Assembly: GCF_036321535.1 (NCBI RefSeq)
Contig: NC_087437.1
Location: 70,930,001-70,994,000 of the forward strand
Direction: 5' to 3'
DNA from: Camelus dromedarius
Lineage: Eukaryota
DNA length: 64,000 nt
This document shows positions 15,052 through 27,514 of this stretch, piece by piece. The notes beneath the pieces were generated by a model. It did no database searches, was not told where the DNA came from, and was given only the letters and a program-made list of their open reading frames with translations. How positions within the stretch are numbered: position 1 is the stretch's first letter; each line of letters begins with the position of its first letter. Made by a program: the position numbers and the translations under genes.

Positions 15052-15254
15052 TATAAGACGTTCTCGTCTTCAAATAGAAAGGAGTTGGAAGGACTTATTG
15101 ATCATTTCTGAGAGTTCCTTCATGTGAGGTCTGTGCTGCCAGTTCTTTCAGTGACTCTGAACTGTCAATGGAAATACCATAAGCATCTTTCTTGTGCTGA
15201 GATCACGGTGGGAACCAGAAATGTGTCTGTGCTGTGTCGGAGCAGTTGTTGTAG

Positions 15255-15440
15255 AGTTTCAAAAGGCATAGATTTAGAGTCAGAGAGACCTGGGTTTGAA
15301 TTCTGGCCTCACCACCCACAGCTTTCTAATCTTGGAGATGTTCACTGAGCTCTCGAGTCTCACTTTTCCTCATCTGTAAAATGGCTGTACTAACACCTAC
15401 GGCACGACAGGATTAAATAAGATTAAATAAGAATGCATTT
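15255..15440 (+). mobile_element. MIR
   Basis: gagtcagagagacctgggtttgaattctggc...ttcctcatctgtaaaatgg. Confidence 0.8.
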
Positions 15441-17444
15441 ACACAGAAAAATTCCTCATGCCGTCCCTAACAAAATTTAGACATCTAACAAATTAGTGTT
15501 ACTGTTACCTTTTCTGTAAGCTTTAATCATGGAGGCCCCATCTGTCATTTTAGAATGATTTGTGTGATCGCCAAAGAATGGGAGAGGCCAGTTGAAATGA
15601 GGCCTCCCCAGAAAGTTCCTGACAGTGATATGTGGCAGTGTGTTACATAACAGCTCTCCTCTCCAAGGGCTTCCAAGACGGATCTGCAGAGCCGTCAACA
15701 ATCCAGCAGTCTGGAATGGAAATGGCCCACTGTCTCCGCTGCCTCTGACACCATCAAGAACCTTGCCAGCCGGGCTCCCAGAGCAGATTCTTTCTAACAC
15801 TGATGATGTAAGAGGCAGAGAGAACAGCTGGGTTTCCAGATTCTGGGCAGAATGTGTGGCCCCTGCCGCCTCTTGAAATTACCTTTTGACTTAAAACCGG
15901 AGCACACTGGATGTGGAAGCCACTGAAAAAGAGTAAACCTGAAACCTCGTGAAGTCACTTTCACTGAGTCTTTTTTAGAGTATAACTACTCTTTAAGCAA
16001 TAAAACATGACCCTCCATGCAGTGGTTCTGATTAACACGCCCTCGGGTGTGTACTAAGGCAGAAGGGGAAATGAGAAGGGGACAGGTGACAGTTTGCCCA
16101 AAAATGAAAGAAAATCATAGCAGGAGGATGTGGAGCTGAGAAAGAGGAGTTTGATTAAAGGATGGAAAGATTATGTCTCCATTTAATTATAAAATGCACA
16201 ATTTAAATCAAACGTTAGGCATATTTAAAATGTACACTTACGTAATTACACAGTGGATTTGTATACATCCAGCTGATTTTTCGCTGCAACATACTAGACA
16301 CATCAACCAGTGATTTTCCTTTATCATTTTAATGTAGTTGCCAAGGGAAGAAAAGAGAAGGAAGCTCTCTCTGGTGAAGTGTTAATAACCTGTCCAGCCA
16401 TGTGGTGGTTTAGTACGAACTATGAAGAATTTTTGAGCCCAGTTTGCTGTTTACGTGGCTAGCAGAGTGTGGCTATTTAACGGGTATCTCAATATAGCGT
16501 GCTCCGCCGTATTGGCCAAAGAGAATGTGATGCATAGGACCAACGCTTTCTTCTGCAGAGTAACAAAGAGTAACATTCTCACCCTGGGAAAGGCAGGTGA
16601 AGTCTTTTAGTACCGGAGGCTGGCATTTCAGAGCTGAGCTTTTCTGGCCAAGTAAAAATCCTGAGATCCCCTGGGAAAGTCTATTTTCTCCCCAGGGTAA
16701 ACACTGTTATCCCCACGACACGTTTTGTTGGGCTTCACATCTTTGGGTGAGAGAAAAGGATTCTATGTGAGGATGAGGATAGAGAAGAGATTAAACAATT
16801 AATGTTTCTTCTACCAAGGGACAAAAATTGGGACAGACCTGGGAGCAGTCATCTAGCCCTTTCTACAAGTAGGGTATGATATGATGAAAGAAAAATAAGT
16901 AAAAATGTAAACATACTTAGGGGACAAATACTGGGCAAAGCTAGGTGAAAAAAGAACTGTCAGTGTGGCGAAACGGCAAGATTTCCAACACCCGGTGTTT
17001 CTCTAAGACGATGAATTTAACTGTAGAATCACCACAGCCCGTTCTCACCAAGGACTTCAGCTGAACCCATGGCTTTTCCAAAGCATGAGAAATTTCTGCT
17101 TTCTGGTTTTTCACACTTAGTTGATCATCCTAGTGGTATTTGCAATATTGGCCCAATTGTTTCTGCTGGTAATGTTACACAGGTTTGCTTCCTTGTTCTC
17201 TAAATCCATCCTCATTTTTTAAATATTTAACTATAAAAAGATATTTATTAGTTTGGTTTATTGAAATGAATAAGTGAAACAAAGTTCTTAATTTTTTGGA
17301 ACCCGGTATATCCCTGCAGTCTCTGCACCTTACCCCTTTCTCTCTCTGGTCTAGTCACTGCTGATGATCTGCTGGGCCTATTGGTACTCGTAGATATTTA
17401 GAGATCTGTGACTTTTTATATCAGTTGTCATTGCTCAGGTAAGG

Positions 17445-17532
17445 ATGTAGCCTTGAGCAAGTCAGTTCCCTTGATCTCCTCATCTGAAAAATGAGGGGTT
17501 GGCAAAGATGAGCTTTAAGGTCTTGCCAGTTC
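17445..17532 (+). mobile_element. MIR3-like fragment
   Basis: ccttgagcaagtca...cctcatctgaaaaatgaggggttgg...taaggtc. Confidence 0.65.
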
Positions 17533-17560
17533 AAGCTCAGTTCTCAGCTTATTCCTTTTC

Positions 17561-17724
17561 ATTTTTTTAAATTCTTTTTTAATTGTATTATTTTTGGGGG
17601 GAGGGAGATAATTAGGTTTATTTATTTTATTCTATTATTATTTATTTAATGGAGGTACTGAGGATTGAACCCAGGACCTTGTGCATACTAAACATGCACT
17701 CTACCACTGAGCTATACCCTCCCC
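17561..17724 (-). mobile_element. tRNA-derived SINE, camelid (Vic-1-like)
   Basis: Reverse strand reads GGGGAGGGTATAGCTCAGTGGTAGAGTGCATG...GGTCCTGGGTTCAATCCTCAGTACCTCC (A and B boxes), then an AT-rich tail with AAACCTAATTATCTCCC; imperfect ttattcYtttt flanking duplication. Confidence 0.85.
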
Positions 17725-17744
17725 TCTTTATTCTTTTTAAATTC

Positions 17745-19100
17745 AGATCAGCAGACATCAGCTGAGCACTAACCTATATGCAGGGCATTGCACACTATGA
17801 AAATGGCCTGTGCCTTCAAGAAGCTTATGGGGGAGACAAATTACACAAATAATTACCAGAGTCTATAGGACATGCAAAGGGAGTGGGGCAAAAAATGCTT
17901 AAGGATTCGAGAAGGGCACTTTCTTTTGGAAAATGTCTCATAAATCAGGTGATATTTGGATGGCCTTTAAGGAAGCTATGTGTAGACATTGGGAAAGGGG
18001 AGGAAACACCATGAATATGGTGGGCAAGAGTGGAACTTCTGCAGTGTAGAATGAACTGTAGAAAACAATAGTAGGAACTTAGATTGGGGCTATATTGTAG
18101 GAGTGTTTAGGATGGTGCTTTAGGAAAGTAAAGGTAACATAGGTATGAAGGGTGGACTAGGTGGTAAGGAGGATCTGGAGGAGGTGAAGCTGAAGTGAAG
18201 GAGGCATTCACAGAAGGAATAAATAGGTGTTGGGATAAAAAGTGAGTATTGAATTCATGGCCTGAGAACAAACTACAGGACTTGGCAGCTGATTGGGGGA
18301 TGGGAACTGAAAGAAAAAGAGGAGTGAATGAAGACTTCTCAGTTGTAGGCGCAAGTAACTAGGTGAAGATGGTGCCCACAGCAGGAAATGGGAAGGCTGG
18401 AGAAGTAACCTGTTCTGAGGGGAGGGCAATGAATTCTGTTTTAAACTTTCTGAACTAGAAGTGCCTATGCAGTATTTGATGGAGATGTGAGCTTCTCAAA
18501 GGTCAAAGCCCCATCTTCTTCATCTTTTCTAGGTGCCTAGTAGAGTCTATGTAAACAATGAATGAATGAATGAATGAACAAATGAATCAGTAACCCGATA
18601 GTCATTTAGAATACGGGTCTGGAGCTCTGAAGACCAGCCAGCACTAAAGATAGCCATGTGGGTGTTCTCTACGGGGAAGAGATTATGGAGGCCACAGAGG
18701 GTGGGTGTGTGGGCAAAGCTTGAGGAGAGAATCTTGAGGAATGTCTGCGGGTAAGGAACAGGAGAAGGAAGGCAGGCCAGGGAGGAGGCGGAAGAGAGAA
18801 CTGAGAGCAGGAGTGAAGTCAGGATGATGCAGTGTCCCGATGAAAAGGAGGAGAGTTTCCAGAGTAAAGTGGTCATCAGGGCCAAAGGGGCAAGGCCTAG
18901 GAAAAGACTTCTGGGTTTGAGGCTCTGCACCAGACAGTAGTCCATTCTGTAGCCCCTAAGGCTGACCTCCTCCAGCTTAGAGGCTATGAGAGGAAACAGG
19001 CTGTAGTGAAGGGTGGAGAGAAGGCAAGAGGCCAGAAACATGGGCAGGTCAGTGGGCATTTTTAAGATGCGTAAGAATGGAGCAACCCAGAGAGAGAGAC
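17745..19100 (-). mobile_element. L2 LINE 3' region, with a nested oppositely oriented L2 tail near 18500-18590
   Basis: gctgagcactaacctatatgcagggcattg...gccttcaagaagctta; gatggtgccc; cagtgtcc...ggagagtttcca; insert ends aatgaatgaatgaatgaa. Confidence 0.7.
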
Positions 19101-19468
19101 TGCAGTGGGATGGAGAACGCTGGAACCGGAGTCTGCTGGGGAAGGCGGAGGGACCCCACCCTCACTTCCCCCACCCTCACCCTACACCTCGGCTTCCAGC
19201 TCAGGACACACAGCCAGCCCCACATGCACCAGCAGGTGCTGTTGACCTCAGACCAGACAGGCAGTCAGGTTGAAACACTGAAAATGGGGCCAGACCACAC
19301 CTCTCCACGCTCCCTCCCCTGACTTGCCAATCTCTGGTGCAAAGGTACAGTACCAGACCCTCAACCCAGCCAGGCAGTTCCGGCTCTATCAGAATGAATG
19401 ATCACCATCATCTGTTCATTTTAACAGCCTTCACAGTCTTATTTCTGTTTGTCTCTTGTCTGATCCAG

Positions 19469-19569
19469 ATGCAGCCGCTCTCTGTTCCCTGCCCCAATGA
19501 GCACCTGCACTAGGCCCAAGCCCTGGAGTGATTTACCTGAAGAGTGACACCATTTCTTTGAAAACTACT
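19469..19569 (+). other. ZBTB20: ZBTB20 non-coding 5'UTR exon (101 nt)
   Basis: Pyrimidine tract and acceptor ttgtctcttgtctgatccag|ATG; strong donor ACT|gtgagt at 19570. Lies about 8 kb upstream of the start-codon exon. Size agrees with my recollection of the human UTR exon (not verified by alignment). Confidence 0.75.
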
Positions 19570-21819
19570 GTGAGTACGTTCTGCCTCCAATGAAAGGCTT
19601 CTTAGTTCACTTTGTTTAATTTAAAAACACATGCGCACACACACACACAATTGCAAGGGCAGGTGAAGTTTTAGATGGCTTTGTCTCTTGGATGCAGCGA
19701 GGTAACCAGACTCAGTCCCGAGGCGCCCGCACTGTTTCTCGGCTCCCAGCCTGCGGTGCTCGTCCTGGGCGGCATCACACCCACCCCGCCAGGTGGCTGG
19801 GCTGAGCTGCATCTGAACGCACCTTACAGGGACTGTTGCTGTTCTGCTTGGTCATCTGGGCCTCTGCCTGAAGCGGTGGCAGCTCCAGCCCTATCTGTTT
19901 GCCTCTCCTCGCCCTTCTGAGCCACTCTGTTGAATCTTGCTGCAGTTTGTCATTTCACACCACCCTGGTCACATCCGTGAGCCAGCTTTCCACGCCCGTG
20001 TCCACCTGTGCTGTGGCTGCATCTTTGTGCCCCGTGCTCTGGTCTCCTTGCTGCTCAAGGAGCAACTGTATCCAGGTCAGCTCTGCCCTCTGGATGCATG
20101 GCTCTGACTACTTGGTTTAGTCCTCTCTGTGTCAGACATTTACGCAGAAGTACAACCCCTGCAAGTTAAGTTGCAGGAATAAGTTGGGGTAGGAGATAGG
20201 ATGCCTACAGGAAGATACTGGTGAAAGATTGACATCAACTATTCACTAATCATTGCTGAAAGTAACAGATGAATATGTACTTTTTTTTTTACTAGAAAAG
20301 CCAGAAATTTCAATTATTTAGAGGCTATGCATGCAAAATAATTATACATTTTAACACAAAAACTCGTTCTAGTTGTTGTAGCTACACGTTTTCCTACCTG
20401 GTATGAGGCAGGTAATGGGATGGCGTTTGACAGACAGACATCTCTGTTTCTGGAAAATGCTAAACCCTAGGAGACTAACATCCCTCTTAGGCCTCAGGAA
20501 GCATTTTCACATTCATATTTTCTATGTCTTTAGCTATTCTGGCATAAATCAAACCCAAAGGGACAAAGTCAGGGTATTGTGTTGTTTTGTTTTGAATTGC
20601 TTTTTACCTTTAATGCTGTCTGTCCCATGAATTGTAATTGGTGGTAGCGGATGTGAAGGCAGGCCTGTCTGGCCAGAATGGAGATGGGAACCATGAAACT
20701 AATCTGCAGTTCTAATGTGTTTGAGGGATTAGGGACTAAAGACATGACAAAAGGTCAAAATAGAGTTTCCTCATTCCATACCCATGCAAGGAACTTGCTT
20801 GTGTAAACACCTTTATCCACCCTGAAGTTCAAGGGGGAGAATGCCTTAGATATCCCCACATCTGGACCGTTGTCTGAGTTTTTCTTCATTGCAGGGTAAC
20901 TATGCTGGTGCAAGTGTCACAGGCACCCGGGTTGCAGGCTGGTTTCAGAGTTTCAGCCTGGTTATCCTTTGGGAGGGAAGAGAGTCTTTGCCACTCCTAC
21001 CTTCCTGTACCACAGAGAACCCAGAACCAGGCCCAGAAATCAGGGCCCAAGTTTTCCTAAAAACATCCGGGAAGCCCACAAGTGAGCCTCCATTTGTGCC
21101 ATTGGACAAATTTCACCTGTGCGGAACGCTGGTGCCTGCGTTCATGTTTCGCAGGCCCTAGAGGATGGACAAATTGGGTTCCAGTCCTTGCAGTCTCTGC
21201 TTTTCGGAAACGCAGCCTCCTCATATGTAAAAGAGAAATAATCATAAAACTTACAGAGACTGACTCTGTGGTGCAAAACCCAATAAGGTGAATATGGGGT
21301 AAAAATGTGGACTAATTACAAATGTATCCCTCCCTATGGGTTCACAAAACCCTGGGCCAGGGCTCAAGGCTTGCGGGTGGATAGGGAAGAGGTGAGTGTT
21401 AGATTTTTTAAATCTACCCACTCCCACACCACGTGCACAGCTGTGCTCAGCAACCCGCCTGCTCACCTGGATTGCTGGGATAACTACGTGAGATAACATA
21501 CAAATAGCGTCTGGCGCAGCAGACATAAGTGTATTTACTCAGTCAACTAAAATTTTCTGGGCACTTTCTATGTGCCAGGCACTGTTCTAGGGACTTAGAG
21601 TGTGGCACCCACAAAACAAGCCAGAATCTCTGCTCTCACAGAGCCTATGTTCAGTTTCCTTCCCCCATAAATTGCAAATAGACAGAATAGGTACATGGAC
21701 GCTGAGAAAGAACTAATTTTATTGTTTGTGCTATGTCTTTCCTTCCAGAAAGTATAATTGGGAGGAAAGGGGTGAAGGAAATGGAGAGGGGGAAAAGGAT
21801 AGGTGTGCTGATCCATCTG

Positions 21820-21868
21820 ACGCACACGCATGCGTGCGCGCACACACGCGTGCACACACACACACACG
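21820..21868. repeat. Mixed (CA/CG/TG) alternating purine-pyrimidine tract, 49 nt
   Basis: acgcacacgcatgcgtgcgcgcacacacgcgtgcacacacacacacacg. Confidence 0.92.
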
Positions 21869-22079
21869 GAACCCCAGAACCATTCTCTGCCCTGATACGT
21901 GGCCCTGGGGGCCGACTTCTCCAGACTCCGTTACAACCAGGCTGTCTTCTCCTCTGGTTTGAATTTAGCCCGAAAGGAGACATCAGCAAGAGCTGGGACA
22001 GCTGCGAGAGAGGGTCAGGGATTTATTAGTCCAGCCCCCTTCCCAACTCCAATCTGACTGCACTCAGGGAACCCCACAC

Positions 22080-22277
22080 CTCCCCTCACTCCTTCAGTTT
22101 AACAGGTTAAAGCTGAGATTAACGACTTCCCACTATTGCTAGTCCCTCGTGCTGCTCCATCCATTGAGGGTCCCCTAACCTCAGCTGTACCTCAGCACAG
22201 AGCCCTGTCATTAAACTCTCTTTGGTTCAAACCTCTGAGTGTGCCATCTGTTTCTTGCCCAGATCTTGACTGATACA
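22080..22277 (+). mobile_element. Old ERVL-class LTR 3' fragment
   Basis: attaaactctc...gagtgtgccatctgtttc...tgactgataca terminus; 5' boundary uncertain. Confidence 0.5.
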
Positions 22278-22802
22278 GTGAGAGAGAAAATATACTGAAA
22301 AACATTATAAATCAACCTTGCCAAGAAGGTTCAAAAAATTGAGAGAATAAAATATTTTTATCATGAAAACATCTTAAATTGATCTAAGAACATTAGACCA
22401 AGAGGTGAAAGGACAGATTGTAAGAAGACGTGATAAGCTAGAGTGCTGAGTGTTGACGTCAATGAATAGACCGTAGTGCTTAGGTTTGATGGGCTTCACA
22501 GGCCAAGTGTAGCTTACTTGACCCTCAACTTCAAGAGGAGCTAATGGTGCGGCAACAGCGACAACAAACACGTGAACAGAAAAGAGGTGTCAGGAGGGCG
22601 ATACCATGAAATCAAAGTGTTGGAGAATAGATTGTGTATCCTAGCCTTCTTTCTGCCTTTGCTGCAGTTACAATCCATTTGCCCCTACCCAAATCTCAAT
22701 ATTTAAAAAGATTAGTAAAGTAAAGGAAGTGCCACCTTCTATCTGAAATGATGAAAACCACAGAACTGATGCTCTCTCTGAAAGAGCTACCACCATGGGA
22801 CG

Positions 22803-22980
22803 CTGACCGTGTGCCAGCCCTGTGCTCATCATGTGACATGAATTATCTCATTTAACCCTCACATCAGCCCTAGAAGGGTAGTATTGTTAGTTCCATTGTA
22901 CAGATGAGGAAACTGAGGTCGAGAGGAGCAGAGGAATCTGCCCAGGGCACACAGCTACTGAGTGGTGGAGCTCAGTTCTA
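22803..22980 (-). mobile_element. MIR
   Basis: tatctcatttaaccctcac...tacagatgaggaaactgagg...gcccagggcacacagct. Confidence 0.85.
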
Positions 22981-23884
22981 CTATCAGCCCCCACTGAGAT
23001 GGTCTGTTACCACCTCCCCTTTGCCCCACTCCCTAAACACTCTACTAAGCCTCCTTCATGTATTATTGGGAAGGAGAGTAAGGAAATGGTTACCACACCA
23101 AAAAGATCAGGGCAGGGGTGAGGGGTGGGGAGGGTCATGGATCAAAATTATCACAATCCAATGAGTATTTATCAAAAGGAGGTTTTGACTAATTCTTTTC
23201 CATCCAACCAGGCTGATAAGTGGTAGGCATGTTAATGTGCCGGAGAGGGTGGGAGCCCAGAAAAGAGAGAAAATTGGGAGAGGGAGACAGAAGAGAATGC
23301 TCTCTTTCTCAGCAGCCCCTGGAGACTGATGAGAGCTCACACAGATAAAATATTTATTTTCCATATGTTGCAGAAAGCATTGCCATCACTGAATGTGTGC
23401 CTTATGTGCAAAGAAGTGTGAAATCTATACATCAAGTGCTACCAATCTAGTTCATTCCCATGCATTTAACAACCTTAATACTACTATCTCCTCAGTATGT
23501 TTTCATGTAGTATTTCTTTCCACCTACAATATGGTCTAGTAAGGAAAGAGCCAACATCCTCCACAACCTTACTCACTGCTACATTTCAGCCCAAAACTTG
23601 TTGCCAGGGCCAGCACAAGGAGAGTTAAAAACTAGTGGGTCCTGCTGGCTAACTCAGCCGCCAGTCACCTCAAAATGCCTTCCCAGATCTAGAGGCGGCC
23701 TTTTTATCATAACAGAAATGTTTGCAGTGGGGAGATGAAAATGTTTTTGTTCTCTCTGGACAATTGGGAGATAGTCAGAATGTCAGAACTGACCGTTGAA
23801 AGGCAGGTGCCTGCGGCCACATTTTTTTTTTTCTTTTTTTGAATGCAGAGCCCCACCAGCCTGGCAGGAGGAAGTGCACAATGA

Positions 23885-24043
<159 letters not shown>

Positions 24044-24113
24044 TAAGTTTTTCATTGGAGCTTTCATTTTCCGGTTGAGGGGCGACTTCATCAGAGTGTA
24101 TAATTTTAACATT

Positions 24114-24215
24114 GAGGGAGGGAGGGAGGAGGGAGGGTGAGAGAGAGAGAAATTGAGAGAGACAGAGAGCGAGAGAGAGGGAGAGGGAGAGAGAGGAACT
24201 GAAAAGAAAGAAAGG
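24114..24215. repeat. GA-rich polypurine tract
   Basis: gagggagggagggaggagggagggtgagagagag...gaaaagaaagaaagg. Confidence 0.9.
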
Positions 24216-25269
24216 CTGAGCGGCCAGAGCTTGGCAGACCAACCTTTGGCATGGTGACCAGGAGGAAGGTTCTGGTCTGGTGGGGAGTTTGCCTGACTTG
24301 CTGCTAGGAGTCAGCTGGTGCACTGCTGCCCTCTAAAGGCCCCAGGGAATAATGCACCACCGCAACAGCTTGGAGAGACCTGCCCTCCTGACGTGCCATA
24401 TTTATGCATTTCTTTTCACACAACCAAAGAAGTATTTTCAGTTAATTACAACAGGACTTGCTTTTTCCTCCTTAGTAAAATAGGAACTAAAACAGGGTCA
24501 AAATAGCAGCCCCTGTGCATGTCTAGACGGAGACGGTGCTGTGTTTTAGTGTTTCTCAGCTCTGGAAAAAGGAGTCCAGAAGAACTATCAGAGAGAGTGA
24601 GATGGAAAATGAATTGTTTCTAAGGCAACGAGTGCCTCTCTGTTATCTGTGCAGTTGGGAAACAGCCCAGGGGTAAAAGGACAAGTGAAGTGGTATTAGG
24701 AAAATGAAGGGGTGAGCCAAAAGGTTGAGTTTTCAACATTTTCTACTTGTAGAGGTGGTTTCAGTGGCTCTGGGCTATGAATGTTCTCCAGAGGTGATCC
24801 TCGAGACAACAAACAAGAGGGTACGGTGCGCAATGTCAGGTAGGAAGCAGGGCATTTCTAGGGAAGGAAGTAAAGCCATTGATATAAAGAGCAATCCAAC
24901 TTTTGCAAAGTTAAAAACAAAAGAGCAGTGTTGGTTGGTTGGCCAGGTACTCGTGTTTGAAAGAGGGCTTCTTTAATTTCCCGAAGCACACATCTGAAAG
25001 TAGCCTAGGCCTTGTCTATGAGCATCAGAAATACTTTTTTTCTGTCAAATGATATCTGCTATTAGTGTTTCATCTCGATATTTAAATGACTCATGAGGAC
25101 CAGCCTCACTTTAATGAGCAAAATGGTCCTATTCTCATCAGATGCCCTTCATAGATTCAAAGGAAAAGCAGGCAGTCAAGGCAGATTTCACTGCTGCATA
25201 AAGAGGAGGAAACTTAATTGGGATTCAGACTATAACTATTCTCAAAATATACTTTAATTTCAACTCAAT

Positions 25270-26260
25270 TTCATTCTATCAACAAATCTATATTGAATGA
25301 CAGCTGTGTCTAAGCTACTCTGCTTAACAGTATACGCTAGACAGCAAATCTGGGAGGGCAGAAACCAGGCTTGTTTTACCTCCTAGCCCACGCTGGCACA
25401 TCAGAGGCAAGATACGTATTTGTGAAATTAATACATGAATAAGTGAATAGTGGGAGAGAAGGAAGAGGTAATGAATGGATGAACACAGGGAATTCGAAAA
25501 TAACTATGACGTTTTCTTACCCTCAGAGAGTTTACAGTCTCATAGGATGGATGAGGGACATAACCATTATTGAAACAAAATTTAATGAGTAAAATAAGAG
25601 AAGTGAAACGTGTTTGGAGATTTCAAGGAAAGGTTAGAGGGAGGAGAAAGGTTAGAGGGAGAGAGAACAGGAGAAGTCCTATCTGGTCGGAGGAATCAAG
25701 ACAGTTATTTAAGATGGGGCAACATTTAGTAAGTATAAAGGATAAGTATGATTTCAACTGTTAGAGGTTTTTGAAAAGTCATTCAAAGAAAGGAAAATAA
25801 CTTGAGCGAAAATGTAGAGCCAAGGATGTAGATTCTCCAGCATGTTCCGAGAATATTTGAGATATTTGAGAGTCCAGTGTGGCCAATATGCAGGGCATGT
25901 GAGCTAAGCAGAGCAGATATTGAATTCTAACATGGTCCTCTCAGATTTAGTGAATGCAAAGCTGTGGGACTAGAGAAGTCAAGGAGGATGGAGAGTCAGA
26001 AAGTAAACAACAGCCTAAATAAAAAGTGTTAAGGTGATAGCAGTGGAACGGAAAGGAAAGAGAGATGTGCAAAACATGAAGGAAGCACATTTGTCACGAC
26101 TTGACAAACTGGCTTGAAGGCAGAGGAAAGTGTATGACCCTGAGGTTTGCAAGCTGGTGACAGACAGCAGTGATAGAAATAGGAACCATAGAGGAGGCAT
26201 TGGTTTTCATGGAAAAAAAGGAGTTGGGCTCTGGAAGCTTTGATCTTGGATACTTCCTTA
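25270..26260 (-). mobile_element. L2 LINE 3' region
   Basis: tcaacaaatctatattgaatg...ccctcagagagtttacagtct; purine-rich body. Confidence 0.6.
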
Positions 26261-27289
26261 CACTGAACACCAGAAACGAGCTCCTTGGAGGTCCATGTAG
26301 ACGCTCAAGAATTGGGGGTTAATTCCATAGTCACCCATTCAACAAAGAGTAAAAGACTGCATTTTGTTGCTTTTGTATTGTTGCTTTTATATTGGCTTCC
26401 TCCATCCTGAAAAATACGTCTGAAAGCTCTCCCTCTATTTTCATCTTTCCCATGCCATCTCTGCCTCCTGCCCTCTGGAAAAGCAGATTTGATTTCACAA
26501 CCTGTTGGACCAGAAACACAGCATGCTAATCATAACACCATATTCTGCGAGGGCAGATTTAACTACCCAGTGCAACAAATTTCAATACAAAATATTCTGT
26601 ATAACAAGTCCATTGCCATGCTTAGAGAAGCAAGGGAAACATGGAAACAGACCTACTTACAACACATTCTGTACCACACGTAATCTTTTACCAAAACAGA
26701 AAATACTTCCTCTGCTTACCATACACAGGATGATAGAAAAGGCACAGAGTCAAGGAAACTGGGGGGATGTTCAGGGGATGATAAATAATCCAGTTTGACT
26801 AGGACCTAGGGTGCATGCAGCATAAGCAGAGTATCTATTTGCCTGTATCAGTTGCATGGTCCTAAGGAGAGGAGCTGACTGATGGCTGAGCTCTTCCACT
26901 TCCTATTCTTGGTCCCAAATAACAATTAGCAACAATTACTTTCTAATTCCCTTCACCTATCTCTTCCCAAACACACAATCCCAAACATACAATCTCAGTC
27001 CTTACTCTAGGATCGTACACTAAAGCAAAAACCAAAGGGAGTCTTAGACTTTGGATGAGCAAAGAGTTGGCCTAGAGGATCTGCCTGTGATACCTTCCTT
27101 CTTTACCTACTGGAATCTAAGCTCTTCTTTTCACTTTTCATTTGCTGCTTTACCAAATCCTTTCATCACCATCCCTCTCATCTGCATAGCTTGCAAGTTT
27201 AGATTGTGATTTCAAATTGTGTTGATCTAAAAGAAAATCTAATAACAGCAAGCAAGATAGTTGACTGTTCCATAATGTGTTCCACTGAA

Positions 27290-27475
27290 TAGAAACTTTA
27301 AAGTGGAAGGAACCGTTAAGGCCTTCTAATCCAAGCCCTTTATTTTACAGATGAGGAAGCTGAAGCCCAGAGAGGTGAAGTGAGGTGCCCAAGGCCACAC
27401 AGCAAGTTAGAGGCACAGCTAGTACCGTAGCTCAAGTCTCGTGACTCCCAGTCCAGTGCTCCTCCCATTACTCCA
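27290..27475 (-). mobile_element. MIR SINE (exonised)
   Basis: ttttacagatgaggaagctgaagcccagagaggtgaagtgaggtgcccaaggccacacagc...ctcccagtccagtgctc is the antisense MIR core and 5' region. Confidence 0.92.
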
Positions 27476-27503
27476 CGGGTCCTGTCTCTAAGCGTCCTGA
27501 CAA
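27351..27503 (+). other. ZBTB20: ZBTB20 5'UTR portion (153 nt) of the MIR-derived start-codon exon
   Basis: Acceptor ccctttattttacag|ATGAGG at 27350/27351; runs to ATG 27504 and donor 27515. Confidence 0.85.
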
Positions 27504-27514
27504 ATGCTAGAACG
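27504..27514 (+). CDS. ZBTB20: ZBTB20 long isoform first coding segment (M-L-E-R, 11 nt)
   Basis: ATG CTA GAA CG|gtaaaa; CG plus the first G of the next exon gives Arg and the known N-terminus MLERKKPK. In-frame TGA two codons upstream. Confidence 0.9.

Noticed and set aside
17650..17724. tRNA gene
   Set aside because: Degenerate stems and an AT-rich tail show it is a SINE head.
18547..19059. 170-aa Leu/Ser-rich minus-strand ORF
   Set aside because: Falls in L2 remnants; composition reflects the pyrimidine-rich strand.
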